In this document: one piece after another, positions 27,066 to 35,866 of the stretch
Layout of the letters: each line of letters opens with the position of its first letter
How positions within the stretch are numbered: position 1 is the stretch's first letter
Source: Burkholderiales bacterium
GTDB lineage: Bacteria > Pseudomonadota > Gammaproteobacteria > Burkholderiales > SG8-41
Reading direction: 5' to 3'
Assembly (NCBI GenBank): GCA_022841375.1
Contig: JALHRQ010000006.1
Location: 7,819-71,818 of the forward strand
DNA: 64,000 nt
Notes under the pieces: generated by a model
What the model saw: only the letters and a program-made list of their open reading frames with translations
Told to the model about the DNA's origin: nothing
Database searches by the model: none
Translations under genes and position numbers: made by a program

Positions 27066-28125
27066 ACAGAAACAGCAGCACAGAATTTCGGGCGACCAAC
27101 TGCGAGCGTTCATCACGGCTTCGTTCGAGGCGGTGGCGATTCCGCGAGAAGATGCAAAAGCGATTGCGCAGTTAATGGCGCAGGCCGACATCAATGGCTC
27201 CGAAGGTCACGGCGTGTTCCGCCTGCCGCAGTACATCCGCCGCATCAAGGGCGGTGCCGTCAATGTCAAACCGAACATCCGCGTCGAACGCGAAATGGCA
27301 GGCATGGCGCTGGTGCACGGCGATAACGGCATGGGCCACCTGGTGATGAAATTCGCCACTGAAAAAGCCATCGAAAAAGCGAAAACCGCAGGCGTGGCCT
27401 GGGTTGGCGCGCGCTGGAGCAACCATGCTGGCCCGGCCTCGCTGTATGCGAGCATGCCGGCACAGCACAACATGATCGGTCTCTACATGGCCGTGGGCAG
27501 CGCCAATCATCTGCCGCCTTGGGGCGGACTGGACATGTTACTGTCAACCAATCCCATCGCAGTGGCCGTGCCGGCCGGGGACGAACCTGCCATTGTTCTT
27601 GATATGGCAACCACCGTGGCGGCGTACGGCAAGGTCAAAACCAAGGCGCAGCGCGGTGAAATGATGCCCGAGGGCTGGATGATGGACCGCCAGGGCAATC
27701 CGCTGACCGATCCGAAGCGCGCCAACGAAGGGTTCCTGCTGCCGATCGGCGGCTACAAGGGTTACGGCCTGGCGCTGGTGATGGGGCTGCTCGCCGGCAA
27801 CCTCAATGGCGCGGCGATGGGCAAGGATGTCGTCGATTTCAACAATGACGACACCACCGAAACCAACACCGGCCATACCATCGTCGCCATCAACATCGAA
27901 GCGTTTCAGGACCTGCAGGAATTCAAGCAGGGCATGGATACGCTGATCCGCGACATCCGCAACTCGCAGCCTCTGCCCAACGTCGACCGCATCCGGCTGC
28001 CGGGTGAAGGCACCCACATCGCACGCGCTGATCGCGAAACCAACGGCATCCCGATGCCGGAGGCGCTGTTGGCCGCACTCGATCAGCTGGCCGGCGACCT
28101 GAAGATCGCCAAACTCGCGCGATAA
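27058..28125 (+). CDS. Ldh_2 family (malate/L-lactate/sulfolactate dehydrogenase-type) oxidoreductase
   Basis: GSEGHGVFRLPQYIRRIKGG, SNHAGP and GGYKGYGLAL motifs. The GTG start overlaps the previous gene by 8 nt. Confidence 0.88.
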   Translation: MAEQKQQHRISGDQLRAFITASFEAVAIPREDAKAIAQLMAQADINGSEGHGVFRLPQYIRRIKGGAVNVKPNIRVEREMAGMALVHGDNGMGHLVMKFATEKAIEKAKTAGVAWVGARWSNHAGPASLYASMPAQHNMIGLYMAVGSANHLPPWGGLDMLLSTNPIAVAVPAGDEPAIVLDMATTVAAYGKVKTKAQRGEMMPEGWMMDRQGNPLTDPKRANEGFLLPIGGYKGYGLALVMGLLAGNLNGAAMGKDVVDFNNDDTTETNTGHTIVAINIEAFQDLQEFKQGMDTLIRDIRNSQPLPNVDRIRLPGEGTHIARADRETNGIPMPEALLAALDQLAGDLKIAKLAR

Positions 28126-28292
28126 GTGCGGTTTGTTGCCTGTCGGCGACACTTAATCGGGTCCGGGACGCCCCTGGCGGGCTTTCCGTGACATTCCGCA
28201 CTTTCAGGGAAGTCTTTTTCCCCTCTTGTGGAACATTTCATGGTGTGTGCCTGCCTAACCCGCGTATCGTTTAACAGCGGGGAGGACTCAAT

Positions 28293-28922
28293 ATGAAAAA
28301 TCTGATTTCTGTGTCTCTGATGACTGCGGCTTCTTTGTTTGTGCCGGGGGCACAGGCCCAAAATGCGGCTCTAACTGCGCCCCAGCCTGCGGCCCAAACT
28401 GCGCCCGACATGCTGGTGCGTACGACGGTAGAGGACGTTCTTGCCGTTCTCAAGCAAAACAAGGACCGTCGTGTGCTCCAGAACGTTGTCGAGGAAAAAG
28501 TTCTGCCGCATTTTGATTTTCGCGCGATGACCCAACTGGCGATGGGCAAAGCCTGGCGCGAAGCGTCCCCGGCGCAGCAGAAGTCGCTGGAGAATGCCTT
28601 CCGCACGCTGCTGGTGCGCACCTATGCCACTGCGCTGGCTGAAACCGCGGGTGTCGAGCGCAAAGTCGAAGTCAAACCGCTGCAACTCAAGCCGGGTGAG
28701 GATTACACCACCGTGCGTACAGTGGTGAAGGAACCGGGACGACCGCCGGTGGCCATCGATTACCGCATGACACTGACCAACAAGACCTGGAAAGTCACCG
28801 ACATCGTCGCTGAAAATGCGAGTCTGGTGATTAATTACCGGGGAACATTCAACAATGAAATTTCGCGCTCGGGCATAGACGGCCTGATCAAGGTGCTGGA
28901 AGATAAAAACAAGGGTGCTTGA
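28293..28922 (+). CDS. MlaC/Ttg2D-family periplasmic lipid-binding protein
   Basis: Signal peptide ending AQAQ. It has HFDFRAMTQLAMGKAWR and FRTLLVRTYA motifs. Confidence 0.85.
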   Translation: MKNLISVSLMTAASLFVPGAQAQNAALTAPQPAAQTAPDMLVRTTVEDVLAVLKQNKDRRVLQNVVEEKVLPHFDFRAMTQLAMGKAWREASPAQQKSLENAFRTLLVRTYATALAETAGVERKVEVKPLQLKPGEDYTTVRTVVKEPGRPPVAIDYRMTLTNKTWKVTDIVAENASLVINYRGTFNNEISRSGIDGLIKVLEDKNKGA

Positions 28923-28994
28923 CCGGTATTGTGCGGCTCTGACGCTGGGACGGCTGTCGCGGCAGTGTGATCAAGTCGAATAATCAATAAAAAT

Positions 28995-30440
28995 ATGCGC
29001 CTGCTGCAGCCGGATTCATTCCCCAAGCTGCTCGTCATCGGTTTTGCGATGGTGGCGCTGCCGCTGATCATTGCGTTGATCAACAATGCGATAACAATTG
29101 ATCAGTTTGCCAATCGCAGCCAGCACACCGTGTACCAGGCGGTGCAATCGACGCAGTCGAGCCGGCGACTTGCGGATTTGCTGGGCGCGCTGGAACGCAA
29201 CGCCAAGCAGGTGGTGATCCTTGGCAACCGCACGCCACTCAAGGCTTACGAAGCCAACCGCGCATCGTTTTTGCAGGCAGCGGCCGAGTTCGGCGCATTG
29301 CAACTGGATGAAGAGCAGCGGGTGGCGCTGACTGCCATTGTCAGCGGCGAGGCCAATAATTATGCGGTGCTGCGCAATCCGCATTCGGCAGCGTCAGACG
29401 TTGCGTTTGCCGCAGGTGAATATGTAAAACTCAGCAAACACGCCGTCGAGATCATTGCCCACGGCGACTGGCTGATCGACCGCGAAATCGATGCCATGCA
29501 GCAAATGGCCGCGCGTGCGCAACGCATCACCTTCTGGCAGATGCTGGCGCTGGTGCCGGTGGCCTTTTTGCTGGCAGCGGGGTTCACAGTGCTGATTGCG
29601 CGGCCGATCCGGCAGATTGATGCTGCCCTGCGGCGCATGGGCGGCGGCGATTTTTCCGCGCCAGTGGGCGTCAGCGGACCGCGCGATCTGCAATTGCTCG
29701 GCCGCCGCATTGAATGGCTGCGCCACCGCTTGACCGAGCTGGAACAGCAGAAAAACCGTTTTCTGCGTCAGGTGTCTCACGAACTGAAAACGCCGCTGAC
29801 GGCTTTGCGCGAGGGTTCTGAACTGCTGTCCGAAGAAGTGCTGGGCAAGCTGACCCCGCAGCAGCAGGAGGTAACGGGCATACTCCGGGCCAACAGTATC
29901 GAATTGCAGCGGCTGATCGAAGACCTGCTGTCATACGGCGCGGCTGAATTCCATCGCCGCGAAATGCGCTACTCGGATGTCGAGATGCGCCGCGTGGTGG
30001 CGCGCGTGCTTGATGATCAGAACCTGGCGCTGCGCGCGCGGGCGCTGCGTATTGCGCCGCAAATTGACGATGTCGTGATTGAGGCGGATTTCGAGAAGGT
30101 ACGCATCATGCTGGACAACCTGGTGTCGAACGCCGGCAAATTTGCTCCCGAGGGCAGCGTGGTCGTCATCGAGTCCCGCGTACTCTCGGATCAGCTGGTA
30201 TTGGAAGTGGCTGATGACGGACCCGGCATTCCGCCCGCCGAGCGCGAGCGTGTGTTTGATCCGTTTTACCGGGGGCGAAATGCTTCAGGCGGCCGTTTGC
30301 CGGGTTCTGGCATCGGTTTGTCGATTGTGCGGGATTATGCGCAGGCCCACGGCGGCACCGTGGAAGTGGTCGATGATCCGAACCGCGCCGGCGCGCGGTT
30401 GCGGGTGACGATGCCAATGCGGCAGGGGGGATTTGCATGA
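28995..30440 (+). CDS. sensor histidine kinase (GlrK/QseE-like architecture)
   Basis: TM, periplasmic segment, TM, HAMP, H-box SHELKTPLT, then an HATPase domain (DDGPGIP, GSGIGLSIV). Confidence 0.85.
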   Translation: MRLLQPDSFPKLLVIGFAMVALPLIIALINNAITIDQFANRSQHTVYQAVQSTQSSRRLADLLGALERNAKQVVILGNRTPLKAYEANRASFLQAAAEFGALQLDEEQRVALTAIVSGEANNYAVLRNPHSAASDVAFAAGEYVKLSKHAVEIIAHGDWLIDREIDAMQQMAARAQRITFWQMLALVPVAFLLAAGFTVLIARPIRQIDAALRRMGGGDFSAPVGVSGPRDLQLLGRRIEWLRHRLTELEQQKNRFLRQVSHELKTPLTALREGSELLSEEVLGKLTPQQQEVTGILRANSIELQRLIEDLLSYGAAEFHRREMRYSDVEMRRVVARVLDDQNLALRARALRIAPQIDDVVIEADFEKVRIMLDNLVSNAGKFAPEGSVVVIESRVLSDQLVLEVADDGPGIPPAERERVFDPFYRGRNASGGRLPGSGIGLSIVRDYAQAHGGTVEVVDDPNRAGARLRVTMPMRQGGFA

Positions 30441-30940
30441 GGTGGCTTGTTGCGGGGATTGTGGCGCTGCTGTTCGCCGGCTGCGGCGCATGGCGTACCG
30501 TCGAAACCGTAGAGGAACCGGCCGCGGTTGCTGATTTGCGCAGTGAAACGCGCGGTGACACCGCTGAGCCGGCTACCGCACTGGCGTATTACGGAAAAAT
30601 CCGCAAACTGGGAGGCACCGAGCTGTTGCGCGAGCAGGATGCGGCGCGGCGCGCGCTGTCCCGGTCACGCAGTGACAGCAGCCGCATGCGTTACGCGCTG
30701 GCGATGACGGTTCCCGGTACGCCGGGAGCGGATGAAGCGCGCGCACTTGAGGCGCTGGAGCCGCTGACGCGCAATGGGGCGAGTCCGCTGCACGGGCTGG
30801 CGATGTTGATGACGGGGATGTTGCAGGAGCAGCGCCGGCTGGATGCGCAGGCGCAGGGATTGCAGCAGAAACTGGACGCGATGCTCGAACTCGAGCGGAG
30901 CATGACCGGACGCGAAGGCGGCGTCCAACGAAAACGGTGA
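30437..30940 (+). CDS. lipoprotein between kinase and regulator (QseG/YfhG-like position)
   Basis: Lipobox LFAGCG. ATGA overlap with the kinase and GTGA overlap with the regulator. Coiled C-terminus. Confidence 0.65.
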   Translation: MRWLVAGIVALLFAGCGAWRTVETVEEPAAVADLRSETRGDTAEPATALAYYGKIRKLGGTELLREQDAARRALSRSRSDSSRMRYALAMTVPGTPGADEARALEALEPLTRNGASPLHGLAMLMTGMLQEQRRLDAQAQGLQQKLDAMLELERSMTGREGGVQRKR

Positions 30941-32316
30941 ACATGATGATGAATGGCAAAACGCAGGGCAGTGCACGGATACTGGTGGTGGATGATGACC
31001 CCGGGTTGTTGCGCCTGATGCAGTTGCGGCTTGAAGCCGCCGGCTACGGCGTGTCCGCGGTGGACAGCGGCGAGCGCGCGCTGGCGCAACTCGCGGTGTC
31101 GCGGCCGCAGGTCGTGGTCACCGATCTGCAGATGGGCGGCATGGACGGCATTGCGCTGTTCGAAGCGATCCGCGCCGAGAATCCGGCCCTGCCGGTGATC
31201 ATACTTACCGCGCACGGCACCATTCCGGACGCGGTAGCTGCCGTCAAAGGCGGTGTGTTCGGCTATCTGACCAAGCCGTTTGATGCGAAGACGCTGCTCG
31301 ACGAAATCGCACGCGCGCTGGCGACTTCCGGTGCACCCGGCAAACCGGGCAATGATGACGCTACCTGGCGTGCGGCAATCATTACCCGCAATCCGGCGAT
31401 GGAGGAGGTGCTGGCCAAAGCGCGCCTCGTTGCGACGGGGGATGCTTCCATCCTGATTCACGGCGAGTCCGGAACCGGCAAGGAACTGCTGGCGCGAGCA
31501 ATCCATGCTGCAAGTCCGCGAAGCAGCCGGCCGTTTGTGGCGATCAACTGCGGTGCGATTCCCGAGCCGCTGCTCGAATCCGAATTGTTCGGACATATCA
31601 AGGGCGCGTTTACCGGCGCGGTGCGCGACAACCGCGGCTTGTTTCTGGCGGCGGACGGCGGAACGCTGCTGCTCGATGAAATCGGCGACATGCCGGCTGC
31701 GCTGCAGGTCAAGTTGCTGCGCGTATTGCAGGAGCGGCAGGTGCGGCCGGTTGGCGGACTGCAGAATATACCGGTGGATGTACGCGTTATCTCGGCGACG
31801 CATCGTGACCTTGAAGCTGAAATGGCCGCAGGAAATTTTCGCGAGGATTTGTATTATCGTCTGAAAGTGGTTGCGCTGCGGCTGCCTTCGCTGGCGGAAC
31901 GGCGCGAGGATGTGCCGTTGCTTGCCGGGCATTTTCTCAACGAACTGACTTCGCGCTATAAAAAAGTGGTCAGCGGTTTTGCGCCGGAAGCGGTCGAGCA
32001 ACTGGTGAGCGCGGCCTGGCCCGGCAATGTGCGCCAGCTGTATAACGTGATCGAGCAATCGGTGGCGCTGGCGACGACGCCGCTGATTCCGGCCAGCCTG
32101 GTGCAACAGGCGATTCAGAACGAGGAAACCGAACTCACATCGTTTGAGCAGGCGCGGCGCAAGTTCGAACGCGAGTACCTCGCGCAACTGCTCAAAATCA
32201 CCGAAGGCAACGTGACCAACGCCTCGCGCATGGCGAAGCGCAATCGCACCGAGTTCTACAAACTGCTGCAGCGTCATCAGCTCGATGCGCGGCTGTTCAA
32301 GCCGCAACGCGCCTGA
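30937..32316 (+). CDS. sigma-54-dependent response regulator (GlrR/QseF-like)
   Basis: REC domain (ILVVDDD...VVTDLQMGGMDG). AAA+ domain with GESGTGKE and the GAFTGA loop. C-terminal HTH with RNRTEFYKLLQRHQLD. Confidence 0.88.
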   Translation: MNMMMNGKTQGSARILVVDDDPGLLRLMQLRLEAAGYGVSAVDSGERALAQLAVSRPQVVVTDLQMGGMDGIALFEAIRAENPALPVIILTAHGTIPDAVAAVKGGVFGYLTKPFDAKTLLDEIARALATSGAPGKPGNDDATWRAAIITRNPAMEEVLAKARLVATGDASILIHGESGTGKELLARAIHAASPRSSRPFVAINCGAIPEPLLESELFGHIKGAFTGAVRDNRGLFLAADGGTLLLDEIGDMPAALQVKLLRVLQERQVRPVGGLQNIPVDVRVISATHRDLEAEMAAGNFREDLYYRLKVVALRLPSLAERREDVPLLAGHFLNELTSRYKKVVSGFAPEAVEQLVSAAWPGNVRQLYNVIEQSVALATTPLIPASLVQQAIQNEETELTSFEQARRKFEREYLAQLLKITEGNVTNASRMAKRNRTEFYKLLQRHQLDARLFKPQRA

Positions 32317-32440
32317 AGGGTCACTGCGCGTCTCCGTTTACCGACTGCACTTAGCCCCAAAAATACAGCGAGTTAGCGTCGCCGCAGGCGGCGGCGTCGC
32401 CGCTGGGCGACAGCTCAAGGCGGATATACATTATAACTTA

Positions 32441-32454
32441 TTGTTTATAAACAA
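32441..32454. promoter_or_regulatory. perfect 14-bp palindrome TTGTTTATAAACAA just upstream of the sigma-54 promoter
   Basis: Self-complementary AT-rich sequence, centred about 17 bp upstream of the -24 GG. Confidence 0.3.
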
Positions 32455-32461
32455 TATTTTT

Positions 32462-32478
32462 CTGGCATTAGACTTGCA
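32462..32478 (+). promoter_or_regulatory. sigma-54 (-24/-12) promoter
   Basis: CTGGCAT-TAGAC-TTGCA compared with consensus YTGGCACG-N4-TTGCW. The GG to GC spacing is exactly 12. Confidence 0.7.
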
Positions 32479-32539
32479 ATAGTGAATTCAGGGTAATCCC
32501 GAAGGCGGGAATACCCATCGTATTGCACTGGAGACTGCC

Positions 32540-32839
32540 ATGAACTGGATCTTCACGACCCGAAACCGGGCCTTACCGCCGTCGGCGCTGCCGGTATCCC
32601 CGATGCTGTATCCGACACTGCTGATCGCCGGCATCAGCGTCATCATCGCCAGCCTGCTGGGCATTGCGGCAATGACCGGGCTGCTGCCGGCCCCATCAAA
32701 ATCGGTAGTGACTGCCGCACCTGTCAGCAAGACGGTTACAGAATCAGGTGCCGCACGCCTGGAGCCGAAAACCGCGGCATCTTCCAAACCGGCGCCGCGA
32801 ACCGCTGATGCCAAATCCGCAGCTGCAGTAGCGCGCTGA
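32540..32839 (+). CDS. membrane-anchored SlyB-family N-terminal segment, ending at an in-frame TGA
   Basis: SD GGAG lies 6 nt before the ATG. It has a TM helix (LLIAGISVIIASLLGIAAMTGLLP) and an Ala/Pro/Lys linker. The stop is at 32837. Confidence 0.6.
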   Translation: MNWIFTTRNRALPPSALPVSPMLYPTLLIAGISVIIASLLGIAAMTGLLPAPSKSVVTAAPVSKTVTESGAARLEPKTAASSKPAPRTADAKSAAAVAR

Positions 32840-32965
32840 GAACACTGCCGCCGTGTTGAAGCGGTGCGCGCGACCGGGCTCAAGGGCTGGAGATCGGTTT
32901 TTGGCGCAGCAGCCGGTGGCATACTGGGTCTAGCACTTATCGGTCACGAATTGGGAAAAACATGA
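32840..32965 (+). other. in-frame continuation after the TGA encoding xHC motif plus glycine zipper (read-through, Sec or pseudogene remnant)
   Basis: Reads EHCRRVEAVRATGLKGWRSVFGAAAGGILGLALIGHELGKT in the same frame. It ends in an ATGA overlap with the next gene. Confidence 0.45.
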
Positions 32966-33300
32966 ATCGCAGCGAAAGTTATGAAATCCCCGAGCGCATG
33001 AAAGACCGCAGCATCCCGGCTGCACAGGTGGGTGTGCGGATACGACGTGCCGCGGCGGCCGCAATGGTGCTGCTGGTCGCTGCTTGCAGCAGCACCGGGA
33101 TGCGCAGTCCTGACCCGCAAAACCAGGGCGTGCAAAATCCGCCGCCCGTCTTCAATTTGTCCGGATATTCCGCCACCTACAAAAAAGGTCATGTCGACGG
33201 TTGTGCGCAACGTCGCGATGAACGCCTGTATCGCGATGAAGCTGATTACATGATGGGCTGGAACGACGGTCGCGGCGCTTGCGCCAAAATGCGGCGCTGA
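32962..33300 (+). CDS. hypothetical lipoprotein
   Basis: Lipobox LLVAACS. 112-aa ORF. The start is uncertain (32962 or 32998). Confidence 0.55.
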   Translation: MNRSESYEIPERMKDRSIPAAQVGVRIRRAAAAAMVLLVAACSSTGMRSPDPQNQGVQNPPPVFNLSGYSATYKKGHVDGCAQRRDERLYRDEADYMMGWNDGRGACAKMRR

Positions 33301-33304
33301 CCGT

Positions 33305-33718
33305 TCAGCGCCTTCGCGCGGGCGACAGATTCAACGCCAGCCAGTATTCGGCGATCCGGCGCACGGCCTCAATGTAATCTTCGTAGGTCACCGGCTTGAT
33401 CACATAGCTGTTGCAGCCCAGTGCGTAACAACGCGAGATGTCCGCCGGCTCGCTTGAAGAAGTGAATACCACCACGCACAGCCGGCTGGCGCGGGCATCA
33501 TTACGCAGCTGTCGCAGTACTTCGCTGCCGTCGATTTTCGGCAGTTTCAGGTCTAGGAGAACCAGATCCGGCAGCTGATCCAGGTCTGCCACCATCTCCA
33601 GCGCTAGCGCGCCGTCGTGCGCAACAAGCACTTCGGCCCCGGCTTTGCGCAGTCCGCGTTGCGTCAGCGATTCGTCATCCGGGTTGTCTTCAACGATCAG
33701 GATTCGGCGGTCATTCAT
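33305..33718 (-). CDS. single-domain response regulator (CheY-like receiver)
   Basis: ILIVEDNPDDE, DLVLLDLKLPKIDG and KP motifs. Confidence 0.9.
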   Translation of the reverse strand: MNDRRILIVEDNPDDESLTQRGLRKAGAEVLVAHDGALALEMVADLDQLPDLVLLDLKLPKIDGSEVLRQLRNDARASRLCVVVFTSSSEPADISRCYALGCNSYVIKPVTYEDYIEAVRRIAEYWLALNLSPARRR

Positions 33719-33730
33719 GATCAGTTCGGG

Positions 33731-35842
33731 TCACAGTGACCAGTGACTGCGTTCAGTCAGAAAAGCGCTGAATTCTTCAGACGACATCGGTTTGCCGATC
33801 AGATAGCCCTGCATATAGTCGCAGCCGTTCTTGCGCAGGAATTCAATCTGCTCCGCGGTCTCGACGCCCTCGGCGACTACTTCAAGGCGGAGACTGTGAC
33901 CCATGGCGATGATGGCCTGGGTGATGGCGACGTCATCCGGATCTGCCGGGATGTCCTTGATGAACGAGCGGTCGATTTTCAGCGTGTGCACCGGAAAACT
34001 TTTCAGATAGCCGAGGGACGAGTAGCCGGTGCCGAAGTCATCGATCGCGAGATGGACTCCAATCGCCCGCAACTCGCGCAGGATGGCCGTGGCGCTTTCT
34101 GGATTGGCCATCACCATGCTCTCGGTGATCTCGAGTTCGAGATGTTCGGGCGGCAGGCCTGAATCTTCGAGGATGTTGATGATGTCGGTGACCAGTTCGC
34201 TTTGGTTGAACTGGCGTGGCGACAGGTTGACCGCCACGCGGAAGTCGCGGAGTCCGGATTCCTGCCATTTTTTGGCGGCGGTACAGGCGCGCAACAGCAC
34301 CAGGCGGCCGATCGGTACGATCAATCCGGTTTCCTCGGCCAGAGGGATGAACTTTAACGGTGGAATCATGCCGACTTCAGGCAGGTTCCAGCGCAGCAGC
34401 GCTTCGGCACCGACGATGCGGCCGTCCGCCAGCTCAACCTGCGGCTGGAAATGAACCATGAATTCATCGAGTTCGATCGCGCGGCGCAGTGAACGCTCGA
34501 GCACCACGTATTCCAGCGAACGCGCGTTCATCTGCGGCGAGTGGAATTGGAAATTGTTTTTGCCCTGGTCCTTGGCGCGGTACATCGCCAGTTCAGCATT
34601 GCGCAGCAGCGCGGTTGCGTCGGGGCTGTCACCGGGGTAGATGCTGATGCCGATGCTGGCGGTCAGGTGGTAGGTTTCTCCGTTGATGTCGTAGGGCTGG
34701 GCCACTGCCCCGAGTATTCGCTGCGCACTGGCGCGCGCGGCTTCGGGGTCGTCGATTTCGCGCAGCAGCGCGGCGAATTCGTCGCCGCCGAAACGCGACA
34801 ACAGGTCGGATTCCCGCAGGCACTGGCGCAGTCGACCGGCGACCTGGCGCAGCACCATGTCGCCGCCGTCATGACCGACGCTATCGTTGATCAGCTTGAA
34901 ACGGTCGAGATCAACGAACAGCACCGCGATCGACTTGCGTTCGCGGTTGGCGTCACGGATCGCCTGTTCAAGCAACTGACGGAACCGCAGCCGGTTGGGC
35001 AGGCCTGACAGTTCGTCAAAATGCGCTAGCCGCCACATCCGCTCTTCCGAGCGGGCGCGTTCGCTGACGTCGCGAACGACCACGGTAAGCTTTGGGGCGT
35101 CATCGAGGATCATCCGGCTGACTTTGATCTCAACCGGGATGGTCGCGCCGGACCGGGTATGCGCATGCATCTGCAGGTTGGTCATTTCGGCGCGGATGGC
35201 GCCGGTCGATTCGCACAATACATCCCAGAATCCGGCGCCCGCTGCTGCTGCAGCAGGGCGCAACAGCTGCTTCACCGGCAGACCGTGAAGTTCGGGCGGC
35301 GCGTGTCCGGTCAGTGTGGCCAAGGCGGGATTGGCGAATTCAATGTGTCCCGCCGCATTCACTACGGCGATGCCGTCGGCAGCCGTGGTGACAATGGAAT
35401 CAAGCAAGGCTTCCTTGGCGTGGAGCTGACTGCTGGCGAGGCGCGCCGCGCGGCGGATCTCGACCTCGCCCAGTTCGCGCACCAATACCGCGCCGAGACG
35501 GCCGAGGCTCTGTTTCATCACAAAATCCTGCGCGCCACTGCGCATCGCAGCCACCGCGGTTTCCTCGCCGATGGCGCCGGAAACAATGATGAACGGCAGG
35601 TCGGCGTCATGCGCACGCACCAGTTTCAGCGCGGCCAGACCGTCGAATTGCGGCAGGTTGTAATCACAGAGCACGGCATTCCATGATTCCTGCGCCAACG
35701 CTTCCTGCAGTTCGGTTTTGCTCCAGACCCGGCGGTGGGTGACTTGCAGACCGCCATGGCGCAGCGAGGCGAGGATCAGTATCGCGTCGTTTTCGTCATC
35801 CTCGACCAGCAACAGGCGGGTGGCGGGCGTGTGCATACTCAT
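33731..35842 (-). CDS. REC-PAS-GGDEF-EAL signalling protein
   Basis: Receiver (LLLVEDDEND...CDYNLPQFDG) and PAS domains. I-site RESD lies 5 aa before an intact GGDEF. EAL motifs EALLRW, DDFGTGYSS and KIDRSF. Confidence 0.92.
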   Translation of the reverse strand: MSMHTPATRLLLVEDDENDAILILASLRHGGLQVTHRRVWSKTELQEALAQESWNAVLCDYNLPQFDGLAALKLVRAHDADLPFIIVSGAIGEETAVAAMRSGAQDFVMKQSLGRLGAVLVRELGEVEIRRAARLASSQLHAKEALLDSIVTTAADGIAVVNAAGHIEFANPALATLTGHAPPELHGLPVKQLLRPAAAAAGAGFWDVLCESTGAIRAEMTNLQMHAHTRSGATIPVEIKVSRMILDDAPKLTVVVRDVSERARSEERMWRLAHFDELSGLPNRLRFRQLLEQAIRDANRERKSIAVLFVDLDRFKLINDSVGHDGGDMVLRQVAGRLRQCLRESDLLSRFGGDEFAALLREIDDPEAARASAQRILGAVAQPYDINGETYHLTASIGISIYPGDSPDATALLRNAELAMYRAKDQGKNNFQFHSPQMNARSLEYVVLERSLRRAIELDEFMVHFQPQVELADGRIVGAEALLRWNLPEVGMIPPLKFIPLAEETGLIVPIGRLVLLRACTAAKKWQESGLRDFRVAVNLSPRQFNQSELVTDIINILEDSGLPPEHLELEITESMVMANPESATAILRELRAIGVHLAIDDFGTGYSSLGYLKSFPVHTLKIDRSFIKDIPADPDDVAITQAIIAMGHSLRLEVVAEGVETAEQIEFLRKNGCDYMQGYLIGKPMSSEEFSAFLTERSHWSL

Positions 35843-35866
35843 GCGTAATCCCGGGCGCGGATGGTT

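Noticed and set aside
28947-28961. Second sigma-54-like motif TGGGAC-N5-TCGC upstream of the kinase gene
   Set aside because: GG and GC have the right spacing, but both hexamers deviate from consensus, and such matches are frequent by chance in GC-rich DNA.
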